Made by a program: the position numbers and the translations under genes. DNA of 32,000 nt from Pasteurella multocida. Its GTDB lineage: Bacteria > Pseudomonadota > Gammaproteobacteria > Enterobacterales > Pasteurellaceae. Below the pieces are notes generated by a model. It did not search any database, was not told the DNA's origin, and saw only the letters and a program-made list of their open reading frames with translations. The number at the start of each line of letters is the position of its first letter. Position 1 is the stretch's first letter. Below, in pieces: positions 1 to 8,406 of the stretch. The stretch is taken from positions 210,001 through 242,000 of the forward strand of contig NZ_LT906458.1 in assembly GCF_900187275.1 (NCBI RefSeq), read 5' to 3'.

Positions 1-70
1 GAAACCTGCTGTGTTAGGTCACGATGAAGCAGCTTACTCTAAAAACCGTCGTGCTGTGTTAGCATACTAA
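1..70 (+). CDS. pal: Peptidoglycan-associated lipoprotein Pal (Haemophilus P6 family), 3' end only
   Basis: The frame starting at nt 2 reads KPAVLGHDEAAYSKNRRAVLAY and stops at TAA 68-70. This is the conserved OmpA-like C-terminus of Pal/P6 (E. coli Pal ends NRRAVLVY). The 5' part lies outside the window. Confidence 0.85.
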   Translation, partial: KPAVLGHDEAAYSKNRRAVLAY

Positions 71-90
71 TTTATTTTTCTGTCTAAAAA

Positions 91-117
91 CTGGGTGCAT
101 TCGCACCCAGTTTTTTT
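91..117 (+). terminator. Rho-independent terminator after pal
   Basis: Perfect 8-bp stem ctgggtgc (91-98) / gcacccag (103-110) with loop attc, followed by a T7 run at 111-117. Confidence 0.85.
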
Positions 118-180
118 ATGTGTGGAATTTTACTTGTAGTGAGAAAGACGAGAATTACGGTCTTTTGGTGAGTATTCATT

Positions 181-244
181 CAAATAAACAAAAAAATGAA
201 AATTTTTATTGCTTATTAAAATAAAATCAGTATTATAAGCCTCC
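181..244 (+). promoter_or_regulatory. Candidate sigma70 promoter of the tRNA-Lys array
   Basis: TTGCTT (209-214), a 16-nt spacer, then TATTAT (231-236). An A/T-rich UP-like tract lies upstream (181-208). A GC-rich discriminator-like aagcctccg follows the -10, as is typical of stable-RNA promoters. Motif match only. Confidence 0.45.
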
Positions 245-264
245 GTTACGCAGTGATATGAAGC

Positions 265-340
265 GGGTCGTTAGCTCAGTCGGTAGAGCAGCGGACTTTT
301 AATCCGTTGGTCGAAGGTTCGAATCCTTCACGACCCACCA
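265..340 (+). tRNA. tRNA-Lys (anticodon UUU), copy 1
   Basis: 76 nt. Acceptor stem GGGTCGT/ACGACCC, anticodon loop CTTTTAA, T-loop GGTTCGAATCC, encoded CCA. Confidence 0.95.
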
Positions 341-383
341 CTCAACGCAAATCCTGTATAAACGCCAAAGCAATTAATGCAAT

Positions 384-459
384 GGGTCGTTAGCTCAGTC
401 GGTAGAGCAGCGGACTTTTAATCCGTTGGTCGAAGGTTCGAATCCTTCACGACCCACCA
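384..459 (+). tRNA. tRNA-Lys (anticodon UUU), copy 2
   Basis: Sequence identical to copy 1, exactly 119 nt downstream. Confidence 0.95.
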
Positions 460-502
460 CTTAATTCAAATCCGATATAAACTCCAAAGCAATTAATGCA
501 AT

Positions 503-578
503 GGGTCGTTAGCTCAGTCGGTAGAGCAGCGGACTTTTAATCCGTTGGTCGAAGGTTCGAATCCTTCACGACCCACCA
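503..578 (+). tRNA. tRNA-Lys (anticodon UUU), copy 3
   Basis: Sequence identical to copies 1 and 2, again with a 119-nt period. Confidence 0.95.
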
Positions 579-662
579 CTTATTTTTCATTCTATATTCT
601 TTTCAACAAGACTATTTTCAGTACAGCATTTCCTTATCCTATTTTTCTATCTATCACTTTAT

Positions 663-684
663 TTTTGCGATCTGCATCTCAAAA
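663..684 (+). promoter_or_regulatory. Candidate CRP-S (Sxy-dependent CRP) site upstream of comN
   Basis: TTTTGCGATCTGCATCTCAAAA. The left half TGCGA is the CRP-S signature (not TGTGA). The right half is TCTCA, one mismatch from TCGCA. T4 and A4 flanks are present as in the H. influenzae competence-regulon motif. The centre lies about 76 bp upstream of the comN ATG. Confidence 0.55.
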
Positions 685-749
685 CATTACTAGTCAATTG
701 ATGAGTTAAATCAGTAGCGATATACAGTATATGCAAAAAAAGAGGAGAT

Positions 750-1277
750 ATGAAAAGAGGCTTTACATTGTTAGAAATGCTCATGGTATTACTGCTGATA
801 AGCAGTATGTTGCTCGTCGTCTTACCGAATTGGACGAGAGTGATTGATTTTATTTCTTTCGAGCAAGAGCAACGCCAATTATGGATTTTTCTTCGGCAAT
901 TACAGACACGAGTAGCAACATCAGGACAAGTTTGGTTTTTGATTGCGAATCGTGATGTAAACCGCCAACATTGGTGTTTAACAGCACAATTAAAAAGTGA
1001 ATATATTTGTGATTGTTTTGCCCCTCAACATTGTCCCCAAAGATTATCTGCACAATTCTATTCCTCGCATTTTACCGGTTATACGATGTTAAAGACGAAA
1101 CATTATTACCCAAATACGATGACTCGATTGAGTGCTGTCAGAGACACGTTAGAAACAACTTGCTTTGTTTTACAAACCGATTATCAAAAAGCAATTTTTT
1201 CTTTATTTAATGTGGGTAGTATTAAATTGAAGAAAGAGGCTTCATTAAGTGCTTGTGAACATAACAAGGAAAATTAA
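750..1277 (+). CDS. comN: Type IV minor (pseudo)pilin, PpdA/ComN-like
   Basis: The N-terminus MKRG|FTLLEMLMVLLLISS is a canonical prepilin-peptidase/N-methylation motif (G-F-T-L-x-E plus a hydrophobic helix). Strong SD agaggag lies upstream. It is the first of 4 tightly packed genes directly upstream of recC, as in E. coli ppdA-ppdB-ygdB-ppdC-recC and H. influenzae comNOPQ-recC. Confidence 0.7.
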   Translation: MKRGFTLLEMLMVLLLISSMLLVVLPNWTRVIDFISFEQEQRQLWIFLRQLQTRVATSGQVWFLIANRDVNRQHWCLTAQLKSEYICDCFAPQHCPQRLSAQFYSSHFTGYTMLKTKHYYPNTMTRLSAVRDTLETTCFVLQTDYQKAIFSLFNVGSIKLKKEASLSACEHNKEN

Positions 1278-1280
1278 AGT

Positions 1281-1994
1281 ATGTTATTTCGCGGTTATAC
1301 AGTATTGAGTTTGATGATCTCGTTAAGTCTTTCTTCTCTTTTGTTACTTGTTGCTATCGCTTTTTATGTTGATGTTCAGAGACAAAATAGGGCAATCCAT
1401 TTCCAAATGCAACTGCAAGCTGAGCTAGAAAGAGTGATTCAATTAATGGGAAAAGATATTCGTCGAGCGGGCTTTCGTGCGCCTCCAGAGACGACGAATA
1501 AAGTGAACTTTTCACTGTTTGAATCAGAAACACAGGCTAGTTTACAACTGTTCTCAATACATGGCGGAAATGTATCGGATTGTATTTTATTTTTTTATGA
1601 TCTGGATATGAACGGTTGTTTAGGGGGAAAGTTCAAAGAGAAAACCTGTATTAAGGATGGACGAAATAATACCAGTCACCTTGAACGTGAGCTGTTTGGT
1701 TACCGTTTGAATAATGGGATGCTCGAAACACGCTTAACATATAAAAGTGCGGTAAATTCTCGCTGTAAATTAGCAGAATGTCGTACTTACTTACAACAGT
1801 CAGCGTGTCATAGTGGTGGCTGGGTAGATTTATTAGATGATCAAGAATATATCATCAGCGATTTATCATTTCATTGGCTCATGGGAAAGCCTGCGCTTGA
1901 AATCTATTTGAAAGGATACTTAAAAAAACAGCCACATTTTCAATATGAAACGACAATGGTTGTACCACTCTTGAATCATGGAGAGAAGCAATGA
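1281..1994 (+). CDS. comO: Type IV minor pilin-like protein, PpdB/ComO-like
   Basis: The N-terminus MLFRG|YTVLSLMISLSLSSLLLLVAIAF is a pilin-like hydrophobic helix with a degenerate motif (Ser, not Glu, at +5). It starts 3 nt after comN, and its position in the conserved operon fits. Confidence 0.6.
   Translation: MLFRGYTVLSLMISLSLSSLLLLVAIAFYVDVQRQNRAIHFQMQLQAELERVIQLMGKDIRRAGFRAPPETTNKVNFSLFESETQASLQLFSIHGGNVSDCILFFYDLDMNGCLGGKFKEKTCIKDGRNNTSHLERELFGYRLNNGMLETRLTYKSAVNSRCKLAECRTYLQQSACHSGGWVDLLDDQEYIISDLSFHWLMGKPALEIYLKGYLKKQPHFQYETTMVVPLLNHGEKQ
1745..1753 (+). repeat. Uptake signal sequence core (Hin-type AAGTGCGGT)
   Basis: Exact 9-mer inside comO. Confidence 0.8.
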
Positions 1995-2638
1995 TCTATC
2001 ATAAAGGTATGGTAACTTTCGTCATTTTAGTGTTATTAAGCAGTGGATTAACTATTTTAATGTTATTGAATGACGATATTTTACATTGGCATTTGTCTGC
2101 GCTTCATCAACGGAAATTAGATGTCCAACAAATGTTAGTATTACAACGTCAGAACGAGGAAAAAAAGCAACATCTTTGTAAACATATCTCATCAACATCT
2201 TCGGAAAATCGGCAGCAAGTCACTTTTCGTCTTGTTGAAGGTAAAGCGAATTATGTTTGGTGTATTTGTCGGACGTTATTTAAAGCACAACCTCGTCAAG
2301 CGCTTAATATCGGGAAATTAGCGTATTTTATTCAACGAGAATATCGAGATCTTTTCTCTCATCAATTTTCTGTCCAACATGCTCCTTATTTTTACTGGTT
2401 TGATGCTAAACAAACGAGTTGGACGCTGACACAAAATATCGAGGCGATAATTATTGCTGAAGGCGATTTACATATTCACGGAAAAGGGAAGATAAAAGGA
2501 ACAATTGTGACGGGAGGGCGATTAACTTTAGAGCCAAGTGTGCAAGTGAGTTACCATAAAGCGACAGTAGCATATTGGGTAACACAATTACGAGATTGGC
2601 AATTAGCAGAGAAAAGTTGGCATGATTTTTTATTATGA
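1991..2638 (+). CDS. comP: YgdB/ComP-like minor-pilin-associated protein
   Basis: ATGA start/stop overlap with comO. The N-terminus MIYHKG|MVTFVILVLLSSGLTILMLL is a Gly followed by a hydrophobic helix with no Glu5. It occupies the third position of the conserved ppd/com operon. Confidence 0.55.
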   Translation: MIYHKGMVTFVILVLLSSGLTILMLLNDDILHWHLSALHQRKLDVQQMLVLQRQNEEKKQHLCKHISSTSSENRQQVTFRLVEGKANYVWCICRTLFKAQPRQALNIGKLAYFIQREYRDLFSHQFSVQHAPYFYWFDAKQTSWTLTQNIEAIIIAEGDLHIHGKGKIKGTIVTGGRLTLEPSVQVSYHKATVAYWVTQLRDWQLAEKSWHDFLL

Positions 2639-2912
2639 TAAAGGCATGAGTTTACCTGTATTATTAATGGCACTCATGTTGTTTAGTGGTATTTTCCTTT
2701 CAACACAGCAGTGGCTAAGTTATCAACGCCAACGTGCAATATATATTTATCAGCATGTTCAAGCTTTACAAATTGCACAGAACCAGAAACAACGTCAATT
2801 TTTGGGCTTAGCTTGTGAAAACAATGTAAAACGAAATGACTTAGTGTTTCAGATTCAATGTACATCACAGCATGTAAAAGTCAGTACGTCCTTGGCGGAG
2901 ATTAGCTTGTAA
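2622..2912 (+). CDS. comQ: PpdC/ComQ-like minor pilin-like protein
   Basis: The N-terminus MIFYYDKG|MSLPVLLMALMLFSGIFL resembles E. coli PpdC RG|FSLPEV but has Val at +5. It overlaps comP by 17 nt. It is the last gene before recC. An internal ATG at 2646 would remove the Gly motif, so 2622 is preferred. Confidence 0.55.
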   Translation: MIFYYDKGMSLPVLLMALMLFSGIFLSTQQWLSYQRQRAIYIYQHVQALQIAQNQKQRQFLGLACENNVKRNDLVFQIQCTSQHVKVSTSLAEISL

Positions 2913-2965
2913 AAGACTTGCGGTAGAACACAAAGTGGGGAACAATAGTCAAACTGATTGTTTCG

Positions 2966-5900
2966 ATGTGGATAAGGCGACCTGTGTTTACAATTTATTA
3001 TTCTAATGATCTTGATGTACAAAAAAATATTTTGCTCACGTTAATGCAAGATACACTGGATGATCCCTTTCAGTCAGACGTGATTTTAGTTCAAAGTCCA
3101 GGCATGGCACAGTGGTTGCAATGGAAAATTGCGGAGCAGCAAGGGATTTCGAGTAATATTAAGTTTCCTATGCCTGCGAGCTTTATTTGGCAACAATACG
3201 TAGACAATTTACCGAATACAGAGGAACAAAGCCAATTTAATAAAGCGTCGATGACATGGCGTTTAATGCGTTTAATTCCTGAGCATCTTGAACAAGTCGA
3301 ATTTCAATCACTTCGTCATTATTTATCTTCTTCTCATCAAGCAGAACAACAAAAGTTGTATCAATTAGCCTACCAAATTGCTGATTTATTTGACCAATAT
3401 CTTGTTTACCGCCCAGAATGGATCGCTTGTTGGGAGCGTGGTGATGAAGCCACTATGATGGCACAGTTAGAACGCAAGCTAAAAGATACACGCCTACCAA
3501 TAGGCAACGCTTTTTCTCAAGATGTTAAATGGCAAGCAATACTATGGCGTGCTCTAGTGGCGGATATTTTGGCTGAAAGCGGTCAGACTGTTCCCTTACA
3601 TCGTGCTTATTTACAAACACAATTCTTGCAGTTCTTACAGACCCAGCATCCTGTCAATTTACCTCCACGTCTTTTCATTTTTGGTATCTCAGCGTTGCCA
3701 AAAGGCTATTTAGAGATTTTTTATGCCATGAGCCGGTATTGTGAAGTACATTTATTTTTCACCAATGGCTGTCGTGAATATTGGGGTGATTTAATTGATC
3801 CGCGTTTTATGCAACGCTTAAGCCAAATGCAACGAACTGGCTACCATACCGCTTTACCTATACCTGTTTTTCACCATACAGATAATGCCCGATTTGAATC
3901 AAGTTATGATCATGAGCATTTATTTGAGGGGCATCCTTTGCTGTCAAGCTGGGGGAAATTGGGACGAGATTTTTTATATTTATTAACAGAATTAGAACAG
4001 CTCGAAGGCGTACGAAGTATTGATGCGTACACCGAGTTAACTTCCCAACATCTTTTATCTCAGGTACAAGCGCGTATTTTACATTTAGAAGGCAAGCAAG
4101 GTTTAAATTTGGCTGAAAATGACCGCTCTTTAACGTTCCATTCTTGCCATAGCCCTATGCGTGAAGTTGAAGTTTTACATGACTATTTGCTTCATTTATT
4201 TCAGCAAGACTCGACACTTACTCCAAAAGATATTGTGGTGATGGTGGCGGATATTGATAAATATACACCCTATATTCAAGCTGTATTTGGGCAGTACAAT
4301 CAGGTCGCACAGCGGCAGATTCCTTTTTCTATTTCGGATAACCGTCTTTCTGAAAATGACGTGTTAATAGCAAGTTTTATTCACTTACTTGCTTTAAAAG
4401 AGAGTCAGTTTAGCGCAGAAGATATCTTAGCTTTATTAGATATTCCTGCGATTCGGAATAGGTTTCAGATTGAGTTAATGGAGTTAGAGCAGATTCGGCA
4501 TTGGGTCGCACATGCTGGCATACGTTTTGGTGTAGAAAAAGAACAAGGTAAACAAGAAAAGAACACTAACTCATGGCAAGCTGGGCTGGAGCGGATGCTG
4601 CTTGGTTATGCGATGCGTGAGGAAAATGGGATTTGGCAAGGGAATTTAGGCTTTGATCCTTGTTATGGGCTACAAGGGCAATTAGCCGGACGCTTGGCGG
4701 AGTTTATTGCAAGATTATCAGCATGGTATCAGTTTTTACAAACGCCTCAGCCTATTGAAAAATGGCAACAGCATTTACTTACGCTTTTAACAGATTTCTT
4801 CGCTGAGGATGAAACGAATATTACCACTTTGCTATATATTCAAGAAACGATAGTGCAAATGGTAACAGATATTCAACAAACACATTTTGATCAACCGTTA
4901 AGTAGTGAAGTGGTTTCTGATGTCCTGTCGGCATTATTAGAAGATGATCCGAATAGCATGAAGTTTCTGGCAGGGAAAGTGAATTTCTGTACCTTGCTAC
5001 CGATGCGTTCGATTCCCTTTAAAGTGGTGTGTTTACTGGGGATGAATGAAGGTGATTATCCTCGTCAACAAACGCCAAATAGCTTTGATTTGATGCAATA
5101 TGATCGACGTAAAGCCGACCGTTTTCGCCGTGACGATGATTGTTATTTGTTCCTTGAAGCGCTGCTGTCAGCACAAGAGGCATTTTATGTGAGTTTTGTG
5201 GGACGTTCCATTGTGGATAACCAAAGCAAACCTCCGTCTGTGTTAGTCAGTCAATTGATTGACTATTTAGTAGATAAGTTACCAAGCGCTGGAACACAAG
5301 ATTGGCAGGCTCGATTAATTGAACAGCATCCGATGACAGCATTTAGTCCAGATAATTTCCGAGGAGAAAACGGATCTTTTGCTAACCAATGGTTACCCCT
5401 AGCAAATATTCAGAAACAAGAGAGGGCGGATTTTGTCCAACCTATCGCACAAACAGTGTTAGCCGAGGATCGTGAAATTGCGTTAGCGGATTTAATTGCC
5501 TTTATTCAACATCCTGTTGCGTTTTTCTTTAAACGTCATTTAGGCGTTTCTTTTACTAAACAAGAAGAACGTATTGAAGACAGCGAAAATTTTACTTTAG
5601 ATGGCTTAATGCGCTATCAAATTAATGAGCAATTGCTTTATTGTGATGAGGAAAAAAGCGCGGAGGTTCTCGCTCAATTAAAAGTAAAAGGTATGCTACC
5701 GCGTGGTGAATTTGCTCAGATCTTTGCGTTACAACAACAAGAAGACATTGCCGCGTTAAAAACAATCGTTGCCGATTATTTAAAACAAGAGGCGCATGTC
5801 GTCGAAGTGGATTTGACTATCCCGAGTGGCTATAGCGATATTCGTCTGATTGGGCAGCTAGATCAGTTGTATGCACAGCGTAGAGTGATGTGGCGAGTGG

Positions 5901-6358
5901 GACAAATTCAGGAAAAACATTTAATTGAAAATTGGGTGTATTACCTTATTCAATGTGCAATGTTAGCACAGCATGAACCTCCTATTTATTATGGTAAGAA
6001 TGGGCAAGCGACCTTTCAAGCGTTGTGTGCTAGCGAGTCGTTAAGTGTAAAAGAAATCGCGTTAGCACAATTACAAATCTATGTTGAAAGTTATTTGCAG
6101 GGCTATCAGCAGATGCAAATGGTTCCGATGAAAAATATTCAACGTTATTTAGAAGCATATGAACATACTGAGACGCCAGATTTTGAGATGATTCGGACAT
6201 TGTTACATCATCTAGCGGAAGGGGATTATGCTTCGGATGGGGATATTTATTGGCAACGAGTACTTGCACAACAAGTACTCGATGAGGAGATGCTCAACGC
6301 GATAGGTGAACGGACAACATCGTGGTTTAAGCTTATGTTTGAGCAGCTTGAAAAATAG
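2966..6358 (+). CDS. recC: Exodeoxyribonuclease V gamma subunit RecC
   Basis: The ORF has about 1130 codons. The N-terminal region (YYSNDLDV..DDPF..ILVQSPGMAQWLQ..FPMPASFIW..DLFDQYLVYRPEW) is collinear with E. coli RecC. The true start is probably the in-frame GTG at 2984 (VFTIYYSN aligns with E. coli MLRVYHSN), preceded by aagg at 2974-2977. Confidence 0.95.
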   Translation: MWIRRPVFTIYYSNDLDVQKNILLTLMQDTLDDPFQSDVILVQSPGMAQWLQWKIAEQQGISSNIKFPMPASFIWQQYVDNLPNTEEQSQFNKASMTWRLMRLIPEHLEQVEFQSLRHYLSSSHQAEQQKLYQLAYQIADLFDQYLVYRPEWIACWERGDEATMMAQLERKLKDTRLPIGNAFSQDVKWQAILWRALVADILAESGQTVPLHRAYLQTQFLQFLQTQHPVNLPPRLFIFGISALPKGYLEIFYAMSRYCEVHLFFTNGCREYWGDLIDPRFMQRLSQMQRTGYHTALPIPVFHHTDNARFESSYDHEHLFEGHPLLSSWGKLGRDFLYLLTELEQLEGVRSIDAYTELTSQHLLSQVQARILHLEGKQGLNLAENDRSLTFHSCHSPMREVEVLHDYLLHLFQQDSTLTPKDIVVMVADIDKYTPYIQAVFGQYNQVAQRQIPFSISDNRLSENDVLIASFIHLLALKESQFSAEDILALLDIPAIRNRFQIELMELEQIRHWVAHAGIRFGVEKEQGKQEKNTNSWQAGLERMLLGYAMREENGIWQGNLGFDPCYGLQGQLAGRLAEFIARLSAWYQFLQTPQPIEKWQQHLLTLLTDFFAEDETNITTLLYIQETIVQMVTDIQQTHFDQPLSSEVVSDVLSALLEDDPNSMKFLAGKVNFCTLLPMRSIPFKVVCLLGMNEGDYPRQQTPNSFDLMQYDRRKADRFRRDDDCYLFLEALLSAQEAFYVSFVGRSIVDNQSKPPSVLVSQLIDYLVDKLPSAGTQDWQARLIEQHPMTAFSPDNFRGENGSFANQWLPLANIQKQERADFVQPIAQTVLAEDREIALADLIAFIQHPVAFFFKRHLGVSFTKQEERIEDSENFTLDGLMRYQINEQLLYCDEEKSAEVLAQLKVKGMLPRGEFAQIFALQQQEDIAALKTIVADYLKQEAHVVEVDLTIPSGYSDIRLIGQLDQLYAQRRVMWRVGQIQEKHLIENWVYYLIQCAMLAQHEPPIYYGKNGQATFQALCASESLSVKEIALAQLQIYVESYLQGYQQMQMVPMKNIQRYLEAYEHTETPDFEMIRTLLHHLAEGDYASDGDIYWQRVLAQQVLDEEMLNAIGERTTSWFKLMFEQLEK

Positions 6359-6399
6359 AGCGCATTTTTGTATGTCACTGATAGTGAACGAAATGAGCT

Positions 6400-6843
6400 T
6401 TATAGATAGCGCGCCATCACAATCGCGTTTTCACGTTGACCATGAGGCGTAGGGTAATAGTTCTTGCGCCTATCTACCTCATTAAAACCTAGTTGCTCAT
6501 ATAATTTCTGTGCCGCGATGTTGGATTCTCTCACTTCTAACCATAAGGTAGAAATTCCTTTTTCGGTTAATTGCTGAAGTAAGTGAGTCAGTAACTGTTT
6601 ACCGAAGCCTTTACCTTGAAAAGAGGGAGCAACGGCAATATTAAGTAGTGTTGCTTCATCAAGAATGTGTTGGCAAATGGCGAAAGCGATAATTTTATCA
6701 TGGTAAGTGAGTTTTAAATTCAGATAATTTTCGCCTTGTGTATTTTTTAAGATTCCCATAGACCAAGGGACGAGGTGGGCTGATTGCTCAATTTCAAATA
6801 AGCGTTCTAAGTCATGTTCTGTAATTTGCGTAATGATCATCAT
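6400..6843 (-). CDS. rimI: Ribosomal-protein-S18 alanine N-acetyltransferase RimI (GNAT)
   Basis: 147 aa, collinear with E. coli RimI (LDEATLLNIAV.P..QG.G.G..LL.HL...L...G..TLWLEVR.SN..A..LYE.LGF). It overlaps the holD stop codon, consistent with the conserved holD-rimI operon. Confidence 0.9.
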   Translation of the reverse strand: MMIITQITEHDLERLFEIEQSAHLVPWSMGILKNTQGENYLNLKLTYHDKIIAFAICQHILDEATLLNIAVAPSFQGKGFGKQLLTHLLQQLTEKGISTLWLEVRESNIAAQKLYEQLGFNEVDRRKNYYPTPHGQRENAIVMARYL

Positions 6844-7250
6844 AGCGTTGTTTGCATTTGTTGCCAGAGTTGGCGTTTGGCATGATGGTTGTGTTTAAAC
6901 TGCGACCATGCGCTACTTTGCCAAATTGCGGTTGCAGGTTGACAGAAAGCCGAAAGGCGTTCGATTTCTTCCTGATTATCGCTGAGTAGCCAATAATGGA
7001 CAGGATATTGCGTATTTAGATGGGGGATACGTTCAAAATCCAAGCATAAGCACATGCTTTCATCAAGGTCTAAGCTACGTAAAATATCTTTTAATAATGG
7101 AGAATCTGTTGTGAGAGCGTGCTCGGCAACGATGATGAGACGTATTTTTTCTTCTACATTAATTTTTACCATCCCTTTCAAACGAGTAGGGGACTTCAGC
7201 TGCCATTGTGTGATACCCATTTGTTGTAACAGAAGATCTCGTCTATTCAT
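6840..7250 (-). CDS. holD: DNA polymerase III psi subunit HolD
   Basis: The N-terminus MNRRDLLLQQMGITQWQL matches E. coli HolD (SRRDWQLQQLGITQWSL). It is 136 aa and lies divergent from rsmC, as in E. coli. Confidence 0.85.
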   Translation of the reverse strand: MNRRDLLLQQMGITQWQLKSPTRLKGMVKINVEEKIRLIIVAEHALTTDSPLLKDILRSLDLDESMCLCLDFERIPHLNTQYPVHYWLLSDNQEEIERLSAFCQPATAIWQSSAWSQFKHNHHAKRQLWQQMQTTL

Positions 7251-7324
7251 GCTATTTCTTCATCGTTGCGTGTTTTTCCTTTATAATGCGTCAATTTTAA
7301 CGAATAACAGATAGGATTAACAGC

Positions 7325-8311
7325 GTGATTTCTCTTGAAAGCCAAGTTCTACAGCGTCATCTTTCTTTTTTTGAGCATAAATCAGTTTTATTTGCGGGGG
7401 GCATTAATGATCAGTTTCCTCAGCAAGTGCCGGCGCGCAGCGTGAAGGTATGGAGTTGGTATTTTGATTATGCCAAAAGCAAAAGTGCGGTCGATTTTTC
7501 ATTAACTTGTGAAGAAAAAGCGGATCTCATGGTGTTTTACTGGACTAAAAACAAGCAAGAAGTGCAATTCCAACTTATGCAATTACTCGCTCAAGCGCCG
7601 ATTGGTCAAGAAATGTTGATTGTAGGTGAAAATCGCTGCGGAGTGCGTTCTGTGGAAAAAATGCTCGATGCTTATGGCGATATTGCTAAAATTGACTCGG
7701 CAAGGCGTTGTGGGTTATATCATTTTTGTTTAAAAAACACACCGCACTTTGCGTTAGCAGATTATTGGAAAACTTATCAGCATCCTCGCTTAGGTGATTT
7801 ACGTATTTACAGTTTACCGGGGGTATTTAGTGCGAATGAGTTGGATGTTGGCACAGATTTGTTGCTTTCAACCTTAGATCAACCAGTGAGAGGAAAGGTG
7901 TTAGATTTAGGTTGTGGTGCGGGTGTGATTGGTGCTTATATTAAACAGCAATATCCTCAAGTTGAGCTGACTATGGCGGATATTCATGCGCTAGCCTTAG
8001 CTTCTAGCCAACGGACTTTAGTTGAGAACCAGTTAGAAGCTGAGGTGATCGCCAGTGACGTTTTTTCTAATGTGACAGGAAAATTCGATCTGATTATTTC
8101 AAATCCCCCTTTTCACGATGGCATTGACACGGCTTATCGTGCTGTCAGTGAATTAATTATGCAAGCGAAATGGCATTTAGTACCGGGCGGCGAATTACGC
8201 ATTGTGGCGAATGCATTCTTGCCTTATCCTGATTTATTGGATCAACATTTTGGCTCACATTGTGTGTTAGCCAAAACCACTAAATTTAAAGTGTATTCTG
8301 TCCGCGGCTAA
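7325..8311 (+). CDS. rsmC: 16S rRNA (guanine1207-N2)-methyltransferase RsmC
   Basis: GTG start with agga 8 nt upstream. The protein is collinear with E. coli RsmC (VGENR.GVRS.E.ML, DSARRCGLY, LPGVFS...LDVG..LLLSTL, VLD.GCGAGV, ISNPPFHDG, GGELRIVANAFLPYPD). A perfect TATAAT at 7282-7287 is a possible -10. Confidence 0.93.
   Translation: MISLESQVLQRHLSFFEHKSVLFAGGINDQFPQQVPARSVKVWSWYFDYAKSKSAVDFSLTCEEKADLMVFYWTKNKQEVQFQLMQLLAQAPIGQEMLIVGENRCGVRSVEKMLDAYGDIAKIDSARRCGLYHFCLKNTPHFALADYWKTYQHPRLGDLRIYSLPGVFSANELDVGTDLLLSTLDQPVRGKVLDLGCGAGVIGAYIKQQYPQVELTMADIHALALASSQRTLVENQLEAEVIASDVFSNVTGKFDLIISNPPFHDGIDTAYRAVSELIMQAKWHLVPGGELRIVANAFLPYPDLLDQHFGSHCVLAKTTKFKVYSVRG
7483..7491 (+). repeat. Uptake signal sequence core (Hin-type)
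   Basis: Exact 9-mer, aaaAAGTGCGGTcgattttt, with an AT-rich 3' flank. Confidence 0.8.
7741..7749 (-). repeat. Uptake signal sequence core (Hin-type)
   Basis: Exact reverse complement ACCGCACTT. Confidence 0.8.
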
Positions 8312-8365
8312 ACAAGTACGACTCACTTTAGGGTGAATGCATTAAAGTTTAGATAAATCGGCTTA

Positions 8366-8402
8366 GAAAAAAGAAGGCAGACGGTAAAGTCTGCCTTTCT
8401 TA
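8366..8402. terminator. Bidirectional rho-independent terminator between rsmC and afuC
   Basis: 9-bp stem aaggcagac (8374-8382) / gtctgcctt (8389-8397), with an A-run on the left and a T-rich tract on the right, between convergent genes. Confidence 0.75.
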
Positions 8403-8406
8403 CCTT

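Larger units (their letters stand above)
265..578 (+). repeat. Tandem 119-bp repeat unit (76-nt tRNA-Lys plus 43-nt spacer), 3 tRNA copies
   Basis: Starts at 265, 384 and 503. The two 43-nt spacers (341-383 and 460-502) differ at 6 positions. The tRNA parts are identical. Confidence 0.9.

Noticed and set aside
579-749. Possible integration site or mobile element next to the tRNA-Lys array
   Set aside because: There is no integrase, no duplicated tRNA 3' fragment (att-like direct repeat) and no compositional break. The next genes are the conserved com/ppd-recC block.
7054-7314. 86-aa plus-strand ORF overlapping the holD 5' region
   Set aside because: It is antisense to holD and runs through the holD/rsmC promoter region. 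Its composition is low-complexity Ser/Arg-rich and it has no SD.
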